Part shown: positions 47,981 through 56,771 of the stretch, piece by piece | Numbering within the stretch: position 1 is the first letter of the stretch | Layout of the letters: each line of letters opens with the position of its first letter | From: Candidatus Daviesbacteria bacterium | GTDB lineage: Bacteria; Patescibacteriota; Microgenomatia; Daviesbacterales; UBA10151 | DNA length: 64,000 nucleotides | Assembly: GCA_016195715.1 (NCBI GenBank) | Contig: JACPZA010000010.1 | Span: 14,307 to 78,306, forward strand | Direction of reading: 5' to 3' | Notes under the pieces: generated by a model | Seen by the model: only the letters and a program-made list of their open reading frames with translations | The model's database searches: none | Told to the model about the DNA's origin: nothing | Made by a program: the position numbers and the translations under genes

Positions 47981-48019
47981 AAGATGGAAGATAAATTAAG
48001 AGAGTTAATTAAGTTCTGA
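47981..48019 (+). repeat. right copy of duplicated ATPase 3' end
   Basis: aagatggaagataaattaagagagttaattaagttctga; same peptide as 47081..47119. Confidence 0.9.
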
Positions 48020-48545
48020 GGGCTCTTTGAGGAGCTCTGTTTGAAGCCGCACGCTTTACAACCTTCGCATGTAGTAGTTCGCGTCTCCAATCTTCCTCAC
48101 TATATCGCAAACCATTTGCTATTTGTTCAAAACCACCTACTCCAAGTCCCGTTTTTCCCTGTTCTACCTTTTGGATGTGAACCTGTGATATTGTTGATGC
48201 CCTTGCCAAATCTTCCTGTGATAACCCAGCTTCCACTCTGAGTCTTTTTAACGCCTGACCTAAACTTAAAGGTTCTAGTTGCTCTAGGGTTAAAGGTTGT
48301 TCTGGCTTTTTCCCGAGTCTAGAATAATCAGCTCTCTTATTTAAAGTTGGTTTTCGACTTCCTTCTAATTCTAAATCAGGAACTTTACGCCTCTCAAGTA
48401 TTGCCTTGCTTGCTTCAATAATCTCCAGTAATGCACCCATCTGGGCATTTGCGATTTTTGCAGCTTCTGGATCTTTTCTTTTAACTGCTTCGGCAGATCT
48501 GGAGGCAGCGATTCCATAAAGGTCAATTAACCTTCCATCAATCAT
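48009..48545 (-). CDS. XRE-family HTH domain protein (orphan N-terminus)
   Basis: LGQALKRLRVEAGLSQEDLA..VEQG; ATG 48545 is 7 nt after TATAAT. Confidence 0.75.
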   Translation of the reverse strand: MIDGRLIDLYGIAASRSAEAVKRKDPEAAKIANAQMGALLEIIEASKAILERRKVPDLELEGSRKPTLNKRADYSRLGKKPEQPLTLEQLEPLSLGQALKRLRVEAGLSQEDLARASTISQVHIQKVEQGKTGLGVGGFEQIANGLRYSEEDWRRELLHAKVVKRAASNRAPQRALRT

Positions 48546-48600
48546 GTTGTGCATTATAGGTTATAATTATGACTCTGTCAACTTAAAAGTGTATATTTGT

Positions 48601-48616
48601 TTCGGTTTTTCTTCGT
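48601..48616 (+). promoter_or_regulatory. putative LexA box TTCGG-N6-TTCGT at the uvrB promoter
   Basis: abuts extended -10 TGCTATAAT (48616..48624). Confidence 0.7.
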
Positions 48617-48627
48617 GCTATAATAAT

Positions 48628-48730
48628 TGTCATTCTGAACGTAATGGTGAAGAATATAATATTGTCATTTTGGTAAGCATTGCACATCCAAAATCAACTT
48701 ATATCCTTCAGATGTTTCCTCAGGATGACA
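48628..48730 (+). repeat. TGTCAT...ATGACA REP-like palindromic cluster in the uvrB leader
   Basis: tgtcattctga/tcaggatgaca inverted ends (10/11) plus an internal second TGTCAT unit. Confidence 0.7.
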
Positions 48731-48734
48731 AACT

Positions 48735-50699
48735 ATGTCTAAGTTTAAAATTATTTCAGATTTCAAACCGACTGGTGATCAACCTCAGGCCATTGAAAAA
48801 TTAGTTCAGGGGCTAAATGCTGATGAAAAAAATCAAGTTTTACTTGGTGTAACTGGCTCGGGTAAAACTTTTACCATGGCAAATGTGATAGCTGCTGTAA
48901 ATCGCCCAACTTTAGTTATTTCACACAATAAAACTTTAGCTGGACAATTGGCTCAGGAGTTTAAATCAATTTTTCCAGAAAATGCAGTTGAATATTTTGT
49001 GTCTTATTATGATTATTATCAACCTGAGGCATATATTCCCTCATCTGATACTTATATAGAAAAAGATGCCTCTATTAATGAAGAAATAGAAAAACTCAGA
49101 CTCTCTACTACAACTTCTTTGTTAACTAGGCGTGATGTGGTAGTTGTTGCCTCAGTTTCTTGTATTTATAACTTAGGTTCACCAGTTGAATATGGAGGAG
49201 CAATTTTAGAAATTAAAAATGGAGTCAAAATTGGAATTGATTCAGTATTGAAGATGTTAACTAAAATGTACTACCAAAGAAATGACTATGATTTTCAAAG
49301 GAGTACATTTAGATTAAAAGGGGATACTTTAGATATTTTTCCATCCTATTCAGATCAAGCTTTAAGAGTTGAATTTTTTGGGGATAAAATTGAAAGATTA
49401 TCTTATTTAGATCCAGTCACAGGTGCTATTGCTCCAACCCCTCAAACTTTAACCATTTTTCCAGCTAAGCACTATATAACTCCAGAGCAGCGGATTAAAC
49501 CAGCGATTGCTCAAATTGAAGAGGATTTAAGGTTAAGACTAGCAGAACTTAAATCTCAAAATAAATTATTAGAAGCTCAAAGATTAGAGCAGCGAACTTA
49601 TTACGACCTAGAGATGATTAAAGAGTTTGGCTATTGTAATGGCATTGAAAATTATTCTAGATATTTTGATGGTAGAACTCCTGGAGATGCGCCATATAGT
49701 TTAATGGATTATTTTCCTAAAGATTTTTTGTTGATTGTTGATGAATCACATATTAGTTTACCTCAAATCAGAGGGATGTATAACGGTGATAAATCTAGAA
49801 AAGAAACTCTAATTGATTTTGGTTTTAGATTGCCATCTGCACTGGACAATAGGCCACTTAAATTTGATGAGTTTCAAAGAAGAATAACTCAAGCAATTTT
49901 TGTTTCAGCTACTCCAAATGAATATGAACTATCTTTAGCTGGAGCACAAAACGTAGCTCAACAATTAGTTAGGCCAACTGGGATTGTTGATCCAAAAATT
50001 TCAATTAGAAAAACAGAGGGGCAGATTGATGATGTAATTAAAGAAGTTGAAGGCCGGGTTAAAAAGGGTGAACGAGTACTTATAACAACTTTGACCAAAA
50101 GAATGGCCGAGGATTTAGCAGATTTCTTGAAAGAAAAGCAAATTAAAGTTAATTATTTACACTCAGATATTAAAACCTTGGAAAGATCTGATATTTTACA
50201 ATCTTTGCGACTTGGTGAATATGATGTGATTGTGGGAATTAACTTACTTAGAGAAGGTTTGGATTTGCCAGAAGTATCATTGGTTATCATCCTTGATGCA
50301 GATAAAGAGGGTTTTTTGCGCTCTAGAACCTCACTAATTCAAACCATGGGTAGAGCTGCTAGACATGTTAACGGTGAGGTGATTATGTATGCAGATAAAC
50401 AGACTGATTCAATGAAAGCAGCTATTGATGAGGTTGAAAGAAGAAGAAAGTATCAAGAAGATTTTAATAAAAAACATAATATTAAACCTAAAAATATTGT
50501 AAAAGCTTTAAGAGATAGATTAATAGAAAAAATTGAAGAGGAAACTGGTGAGCAAGTTTTAACTGTAGAGCAGATTCCAGAGAGTGAGAGAGAAAGAATC
50601 GTTAAAGAGCTAGAAGAACAAATGAAACAAGCAGCTAGCTTACTTGATTTTGAAACTGCAGCTAGACTTAGAGATCAGATAAAAGAATTAAGTAGCTAA
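48735..50699 (+). CDS. uvrB: excinuclease ABC subunit B
   Basis: [34 protein letters not shown]. Confidence 0.98.
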   Translation: MSKFKIISDFKPTGDQPQAIEKLVQGLNADEKNQVLLGVTGSGKTFTMANVIAAVNRPTLVISHNKTLAGQLAQEFKSIFPENAVEYFVSYYDYYQPEAYIPSSDTYIEKDASINEEIEKLRLSTTTSLLTRRDVVVVASVSCIYNLGSPVEYGGAILEIKNGVKIGIDSVLKMLTKMYYQRNDYDFQRSTFRLKGDTLDIFPSYSDQALRVEFFGDKIERLSYLDPVTGAIAPTPQTLTIFPAKHYITPEQRIKPAIAQIEEDLRLRLAELKSQNKLLEAQRLEQRTYYDLEMIKEFGYCNGIENYSRYFDGRTPGDAPYSLMDYFPKDFLLIVDESHISLPQIRGMYNGDKSRKETLIDFGFRLPSALDNRPLKFDEFQRRITQAIFVSATPNEYELSLAGAQNVAQQLVRPTGIVDPKISIRKTEGQIDDVIKEVEGRVKKGERVLITTLTKRMAEDLADFLKEKQIKVNYLHSDIKTLERSDILQSLRLGEYDVIVGINLLREGLDLPEVSLVIILDADKEGFLRSRTSLIQTMGRAARHVNGEVIMYADKQTDSMKAAIDEVERRRKYQEDFNKKHNIKPKNIVKALRDRLIEKIEEETGEQVLTVEQIPESERERIVKELEEQMKQAASLLDFETAARLRDQIKELSS

Positions 50700-50715
50700 A
50701 TTGGTTATTTAAAAT

Positions 50716-51282
50716 TCATCCTTCTGCTACTGGGATTCCATCAACAGTGGCTTTCCAGTGAGTTACTCCATCTCTTTGTTGACTCCAGGCTGCTTGAATT
50801 AAATGACATCGATCATAATCAACATCTGAAACTAAACCATACCAACCGTTATTAAAAGACAGATTATCATCTTTGGATAGGATAAGAGCATCAGCATAAA
50901 GAGCAGGAAACGGTTCTGTCACTTTCTTGAGTCCGGTCACTAAATTTATTTGCTTATCTTCTAGTTTCTCTGTCTGGTTTGGATCAACTATCAATGAATG
51001 AGGTTCGATTGTTTGAGTATAAACACCTTCAAGAGGATAATTATGAGTTGGAGGATAATAAATTCTAGTTGAAAGCAAGGGAGTGATTCGCTGTTTAACT
51101 AAAGTAAGAGAATCCATTATTCCATGTTTTGAACACTCAGTTAAGGGATGAGTAGTTTCTGGAGATGTTGAGGGTGATTGGCAAGCTATCAGTTGGGCTG
51201 CGAGTAAAAAATTAGTTGTTAGTATTAAAAACCTATTTTTTAAATATTCTCTAGATCTTTCTGGAACAACTATTTCTATCAT
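50716..51282 (-). CDS. hypothetical lipoprotein-like protein (orphan)
   Basis: hydrophobic stretch ending LIAC, then S/T/P linker. Confidence 0.6.
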   Translation of the reverse strand: MIEIVVPERSREYLKNRFLILTTNFLLAAQLIACQSPSTSPETTHPLTECSKHGIMDSLTLVKQRITPLLSTRIYYPPTHNYPLEGVYTQTIEPHSLIVDPNQTEKLEDKQINLVTGLKKVTEPFPALYADALILSKDDNLSFNNGWYGLVSDVDYDRCHLIQAAWSQQRDGVTHWKATVDGIPVAEG

Positions 51283-51374
51283 TAATTTCTCAGATTATAT
51301 TGCTAAGATTAAAAATTTTCAAACTTATAACTACCAAGGAAGGAGGAGAAACTGCAGAACTTAGTGATTAAGTT

Positions 51375-52043
51375 TTATTTTTCAAAGATAATTTGATCAA
51401 CTTTTGTGTTGTGCCAAACAATTGTAGTTCGGTGAGGAGTTTGGGTAGAAACTTGACCTAATTTTTCTCCAAAAGAGTTATTAAAAACTGCGACTTCAGG
51501 TATACTAACTTGAGCATAAATTGCACTGTTATGAGTAGTTTGATCTGTAAGAGTTTCTATATCAACTTCAAAAACTTGACTTGGAAAGCCCCATCTTCTG
51601 GGAAATTCAAACTTAGTTAAATTTACACCACCAGTTTTTTCTAACTCTAAGAAATATGCTTGTTCAAGAGCTAAAACTAAAATACCATTTTCTGGGTGAG
51701 CTAAAGAATTTTCAAACGCAACTCTTGGATAATCACTAGTATTAGCAATCTTAGGAAATGAATAGACTTTTTGAGTTAAATCTAAAGTAGGATTTTCTGA
51801 AGTTAAGCCCAAGGGAAAATAGTGGTCATAAAGGTGGGGTGAAACAACTGCAGTTGGAGCTATTTCTAAGTTTACAACAGTTTCAGTTGGGGTTGAAAGC
51901 ATTGGAGTTGGTAAAGCTGGTCTGGCTGGGGTAGGAGGTATAGAAGTTGAAGTTGGTGCAACCGGTGTTCTTTCAGAAGTACAAGCAGCTAGGGCAACTG
52001 CAGCGAAAGCTAGAGGCAAAAATCTTTTGAATTCAGATCTCAT
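51375..52043 (-). CDS. hypothetical lipoprotein (orphan)
   Basis: LAAC lipobox, P/T-rich linker. Confidence 0.7.
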   Translation of the reverse strand: MRSEFKRFLPLAFAAVALAACTSERTPVAPTSTSIPPTPARPALPTPMLSTPTETVVNLEIAPTAVVSPHLYDHYFPLGLTSENPTLDLTQKVYSFPKIANTSDYPRVAFENSLAHPENGILVLALEQAYFLELEKTGGVNLTKFEFPRRWGFPSQVFEVDIETLTDQTTHNSAIYAQVSIPEVAVFNNSFGEKLGQVSTQTPHRTTIVWHNTKVDQIIFEK

Positions 52044-52171
52044 AATCTAAGATAAGCTTAATTAAATCAATTATCAAAAATGTAAGAGAGAGGTTAGGAA
52101 TAAGAAAGAACTAAAATAAGTTTCTTCCCTTGCTAAATTATCTAAAAATGAGTTAAAATATCTTGTTTAAT

Positions 52172-52187
52172 TTCGGGTTTAATTCGC
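52172..52187 (+). promoter_or_regulatory. putative LexA box TTCGG-N6-TTCGC upstream of uvrA
   Basis: same spacing as the lexA and uvrB sites; 9 nt before ATG. Confidence 0.7.
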
Positions 52188-52196
52188 AAAATTCTT

Positions 52197-55100
52197 ATGA
52201 CAAACTCTACAGATAAAATTATCATTAAAGGTGCAAGGGAACACAACCTCAAGAATATTGATTTAACTATTCCTAAAAATAAATTAGTGGTTTTTACAGG
52301 GATTTCAGGTTCAGGTAAATCTTCTTTAGCTTTTGATACTTTATATGCAGAAGGGCAAAGAAGGTATGTGGAATCACTCTCTGCCTATGCCAGGCAATTT
52401 TTAGGGGTTATGGATAAGCCAGATGTAGATTATATTGAAGGTTTATCTCCGGCAATTTCTATTGATCAAAAGTCAGCATCTCATAATCCCCGCTCAACTG
52501 TTGGAACAACTACAGAAATTTATGATTACTTAAGGCTGTTGTTTGCCAGAGTGGGTCATCCTCATTGTCCAATTTGTGGCCGAGAAATTTCTCGAATGTC
52601 AATTGAACAAATTGTTGCTCAGGTTTTAGCTTCAGTTTCCAGCGATAAAAAAGGCAGACGAATTATGATTTTAGCGCCAGTTGTCAAGGATCGAAAAGGT
52701 GAATATACCTCATTGTTTGAGGATCTTAGAAAAAAAGGCTTTTCTAAAGTTAGGATTGATAAACAAGTTCGGGATTTAGGCGAGGATTTAATGTTAATTA
52801 AAACTAACAAACACACTATTGATGTAGTAGTAGATCGTTTGGTTTTGGACAAAAAAAGTATTCATGATCAAAAAACTTCCTCAAGGTTATCACAATCAAT
52901 TGAAGCAGCGCTTAAATTAGGTGAGGGCTCAGTAATAATCTCTGAGGTTTTAGATGCTGCGCTAGAATTTCCCAGCAACCCCAAAAAAATGCAGGATCAT
53001 TTATATTCAGAGCGCTTTGCTTGTCCAGTAGATAATATTGCTCTTTCTGAGATTGAACCAAGGCTTTTTTCTTTTAATTCACCTCATGGAGCATGCACTG
53101 AGTGCAGTGGTCTAGGAACTCTTTTAGAAATTGATCCGCAGTTAATCTTAAACCCTATTTTATCAATTGCTGAGGGGGGAATTTTACCCTGGTCCAAACT
53201 GGGTAGTTCTGAAACTTGGTTTACTCGTTTAATTGAATCAGTTGGTAAAGAGTATGGTTTTGACATTAGCACAAGACTTGGGAATTTGTCCGAGGAGGCT
53301 CGAAAAACACTGTTATATGGAGCTAATAAAAAACAATTTAAAGTTGAAGGCAAAAATAGAGAAGGTCGCTGGACTCACTTTTTCTCCACGTTTAAGGGTT
53401 TAGTTGAGTATTTAAAAGAAAGATATAAAAATTCGGAATCTGAGTGGGTTAAACAAGAGATTGAAAAATATATGCTTAAAGAGATCTGTCCAAAATGTAA
53501 TGGTGCAAGGCTTAAAAATGAAGCACTATCAGTTAGCATATTAGCCTCAAATATCGCTTTGGCTACTAATAAATCTATTAGAGATTCACTATCCTGGATT
53601 AAATTATTAAAAAAGCCAGAACTAAATGAGAGGGAGCTAACAATTGCTGCTCCAATTATTAAAGAAATTGATTCCAGGCTACAATTTTTAATTGATGTGG
53701 GACTAGATTATCTAACGCTAGATCGAGCTTCGATGACTTTAGCTGGTGGTGAATCCCAGCGAATTAGGTTAGCTTCGCAAATTGGCTCAGGCCTTTCTGG
53801 AGTTTTGTATGTTTTGGATGAGCCTTCAATTGGGTTGCACCAGCGAGATAATACTAGATTAATTACTACTTTAAAAAAATTAAGGGATTTAGGGAACACT
53901 GTCATAGTTAATGAACATGACGCTGAAACCATGGAAAATGCTGATTTTTTGGTGGAAATTGGACCAGGGGCAGGTGAACATGGTGGAAGAATTGTTGCTT
54001 TGGGTGATCCAAAAAGCTTAAAAACTAATCCTAACTCTTTAACTGGAAAATATTTATCTGGAAAGAAAAAAATTCAAGTTCAGGCTGAAAAACCACTAAC
54101 AAACCATGCTTTAGAATTAAAAATTGTTGGAGCTTCTGAGCATAATCTAAAAAACACTGATATTAGTTTACCTCTAGGTAGGTTTATTGCTGTGACTGGA
54201 GTGTCAGGTTCTGGAAAGTCTACTTTAGTGCATGACATTTTATATAAAGCCCTAGCTAATCATTTTTATCACTCTAAAGAACGTCCAGGAAAATATAGAG
54301 AAATTGTTGGGATTGATAATATCGATAAAGTAATTTTAGTTGACCAATCACCAATTGGCAGAACTCCTCGTTCTAATCCAGCCACTTACACAGGCGCATT
54401 TACATTTATTAGAGAGATTTTTGCCCAGTCACCTGAGGCTAAAATTAAAGGTTATGGACCTGGTAGGTTTTCTTTTAATGTTAAAGGTGGAAGGTGTGAA
54501 GTATGTCAAGGAGAAGGCCAAATAAAAATAGAGATGCAGTTTTTGCCAGATGTATTTGTAACTTGTGAAGGTTGTAATGGTAGAAGATATAACAGAGAAG
54601 CATTGGAAATTCATTTCAAAGAAAGAAATATTTCAGAAGTTTTGGATATGACTGTTGAGGAAGCATTAGCTTTTTTTACTAATATCCCCCAAGTTAAAAA
54701 TAAATTAGAAGTATTAAATGATGTTGGCTTAGGTTATATCCGCTTAGGTCAAAGTGCACCAACTTTATCTGGTGGAGAAGCCCAAAGAATTAAATTATCT
54801 TCTGAGTTATCAAAACGTCCAACTGGACATACATTATATATATTAGACGAACCAACAACTGGTTTGCATTTTGCAGATATTGAAAGATTGCTTCAGATTT
54901 TAAGAAAGCTAGTTAATTATGGAAACACAGTTGTGATTATTGAGCATAATTTAGATGTGATAAAAAATGTTGATTGGGTTATTGATTTGGGTCCAGAAGG
55001 GGGAGAGGGTGGTGGAAAAATTATCGCTACTGGCACTCCTTCTGATATAGCTAAAGTTAAAACTTCTCACACTGGTCAGTATTTAGCAAAAATTATTTAG
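52197..55100 (+). CDS. uvrA: excinuclease ABC subunit A
   Basis: GAREHNLKN, two Walker A (GISGSGKS, GVSGSGKS), zinc fingers. Confidence 0.98.
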   Translation: MTNSTDKIIIKGAREHNLKNIDLTIPKNKLVVFTGISGSGKSSLAFDTLYAEGQRRYVESLSAYARQFLGVMDKPDVDYIEGLSPAISIDQKSASHNPRSTVGTTTEIYDYLRLLFARVGHPHCPICGREISRMSIEQIVAQVLASVSSDKKGRRIMILAPVVKDRKGEYTSLFEDLRKKGFSKVRIDKQVRDLGEDLMLIKTNKHTIDVVVDRLVLDKKSIHDQKTSSRLSQSIEAALKLGEGSVIISEVLDAALEFPSNPKKMQDHLYSERFACPVDNIALSEIEPRLFSFNSPHGACTECSGLGTLLEIDPQLILNPILSIAEGGILPWSKLGSSETWFTRLIESVGKEYGFDISTRLGNLSEEARKTLLYGANKKQFKVEGKNREGRWTHFFSTFKGLVEYLKERYKNSESEWVKQEIEKYMLKEICPKCNGARLKNEALSVSILASNIALATNKSIRDSLSWIKLLKKPELNERELTIAAPIIKEIDSRLQFLIDVGLDYLTLDRASMTLAGGESQRIRLASQIGSGLSGVLYVLDEPSIGLHQRDNTRLITTLKKLRDLGNTVIVNEHDAETMENADFLVEIGPGAGEHGGRIVALGDPKSLKTNPNSLTGKYLSGKKKIQVQAEKPLTNHALELKIVGASEHNLKNTDISLPLGRFIAVTGVSGSGKSTLVHDILYKALANHFYHSKERPGKYREIVGIDNIDKVILVDQSPIGRTPRSNPATYTGAFTFIREIFAQSPEAKIKGYGPGRFSFNVKGGRCEVCQGEGQIKIEMQFLPDVFVTCEGCNGRRYNREALEIHFKERNISEVLDMTVEEALAFFTNIPQVKNKLEVLNDVGLGYIRLGQSAPTLSGGEAQRIKLSSELSKRPTGHTLYILDEPTTGLHFADIERLLQILRKLVNYGNTVVIIEHNLDVIKNVDWVIDLGPEGGEGGGKIIATGTPSDIAKVKTSHTGQYLAKII

Positions 55101-55417
55101 GTAGACCGTCAGTTTTCTGAGGTTTGGGACCTATTGCAAGATAGGTGTTTTGAATAGCTACTTTGAGGTCTGGACCAAGTACTTCACTCAAAGCCGTCGT
55201 AGCTTTGATATCTGCCTCATCTAGGGAATCTTCCAGCATCTACTGGAAATCCAGCACGACGAAGAACTCCACCATGATAAGCTCTGTAAAAATCGCGTTG
55301 TGCTTGAAGAAGTGCTTCCACACTAACAGATCCTCTTGGGCTTGTAACTTCTGACGTTGGATCCAATTCTAGGTTCAATATTCCGGGAACAACTCGGTAT
55401 AGCTCTGATTTCGCCAT
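55093..55417 (-). pseudogene. orphan gene with a probable single-base frameshift near 55240
   Basis: 66-aa ORF continues in another frame to TAA at 55093, overlapping the uvrA stop. Confidence 0.5.
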
Positions 55418-55476
55418 GGGTGAATACTATCAACTCCTATTTACTAAGTCAACAATGTTTCGGTGATTACGACTTA

Positions 55477-55502
55477 TTTAGCTTTACACCTGGAAGGTGC
55501 AA
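55477..55502 (+). repeat. REP-like hairpin downstream of RAYT
   Basis: tttagctttacacct-gga-aggtgcaa. Confidence 0.85.
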
Positions 55503-55504
55503 TC

Positions 55505-56149
55505 CTAATTATCAATAAGCTTGTGTTTCATTGTGTCTAAGCTTTTTCCATACTCAACCTGATCTTTTACAAAATCTTCATAGTTTTGAGATGAGGGGAA
55601 AAAATCTAAAACTGAAATACTAGATAATATTCCCTTACCCTGAAGATACTCTGGATAAGAGGACCAGGGATAGAATTCCAATTTTTTGGCAACCAGTGAA
55701 ACAATAGGATTAAGATGGATATACCTTGATAAATGAATCAGTTGTTCATCAGTTTCTACCCTTACTGATTTAAAAGATCCTTGGAGTAATGGTCCAGTCC
55801 TTTTATATTTAGTGTTAAAGTATTTTGTAAAGCTATTGGAAAGTTGGCTTAAAAAAGTTGAAATTCCATTTTCTTGCAACTGTTTAACCAGAAAATGAAA
55901 ATGATTAGGCATTAAGCAATAACAAGTAACCTCAACTAGTTTTTTACTCGGATCAAGTTTAGGGGTAAAGAGTTTAGATTTTGTAAAAAGTGAGAACTTA
56001 GGCTTTGGACCAGAAAACTGATAATAGTAAAAAGTCTGCTGAAATCTTTTATAATCTCTTGGCTGAAGAAAGATTTCTTGCTTATTAACTCCTCTGTTAA
56101 AAATATGGTAAAACTCTTGATTTACTAAGGGAGTATTCCTGCCTGGCAT
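55505..56149 (-). mobile_element. REP-associated tyrosine transposase (RAYT, HUH/Y1)
   Basis: YHIFNRG, YCLMPNHFH (HUH), RYIHLNP (catalytic Tyr), YPWSSY; flanked by hairpins. Confidence 0.92.
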
Positions 56150-56157
56150 GTTTTTAG

Positions 56158-56184
56158 TTTAGCTTTACACCTTTAAGGTGTCAA
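56158..56184 (+). repeat. REP-like hairpin upstream of RAYT, overlapping its promoter
   Basis: tttagctttacacct-tta-aggtgtcaa. Confidence 0.85.
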
Positions 56185-56214
56185 GCCAACTATTATAAAC
56201 TTTTAATAGTTAAG

Positions 56215-56706
56215 TTAAGGGTTTGAAAGGGATCTTACAGAATCAACTGGAACAGCTAGATAGTAATTTTCTAGTAGAATACCTTCACCTCGCACTGTCC
56301 TAAGGTGTTTGGGGTGCTTTGGATCATCTTCAATCCTTACCCTTAATCTACCCAATGGCATCATGAAACCTCCTCTGCTTCCAAAAATCTCATTTCCTTT
56401 TTTATGTGATAAGAAGTCGTTATTACTGACTAAAGCAATTACTAGATTTTGTTCTACAAACGGTGGAAGGATTAGCTCGCCATTTTTTCTTAGCACAAGC
56501 TGCGGGCTACTAGTTTGAGTAAGTATGTCTATTTCTAAATCAGGCGAAACTTGTTGACTTGACAAGGGAAATAATTCATCGCCAAAATAGCGTCGTAAGA
56601 ATTGAACTGTTTTAACTGCTCCAACGATCCTTTCGTCCCCTGCCAAATACTCTGGTGTTCTTTTTTTGGCTGCAATCCAATATTTTAAAGCCCCTTCAAG
56701 TCTCAT
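56215..56706 (-). CDS. protein with C-terminal OmpR/PhoB-type winged-helix fragment, no receiver domain
   Basis: RLRVRIEDDPKHPKHLRTVRGEG; TATACT 7 nt before ATG. Confidence 0.65.
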   Translation of the reverse strand: MRLEGALKYWIAAKKRTPEYLAGDERIVGAVKTVQFLRRYFGDELFPLSSQQVSPDLEIDILTQTSSPQLVLRKNGELILPPFVEQNLVIALVSNNDFLSHKKGNEIFGSRGGFMMPLGRLRVRIEDDPKHPKHLRTVRGEGILLENYYLAVPVDSVRSLSNP

Positions 56707-56771
56707 ATCCTGTAGTATATTATTTTTTTAGTAAAATATCAAACTTGCTCTAATTCTGATAAAATTTAGGT

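Noticed and set aside
48544-48804. 86-aa ORF upstream of uvrB
   Set aside because: Spans promoters and the palindrome cluster and overlaps uvrB out of frame.
55459-55463. TTCGG near the RAYT 3' end
   Set aside because: Lone half-site with no partner at 11-bp spacing.
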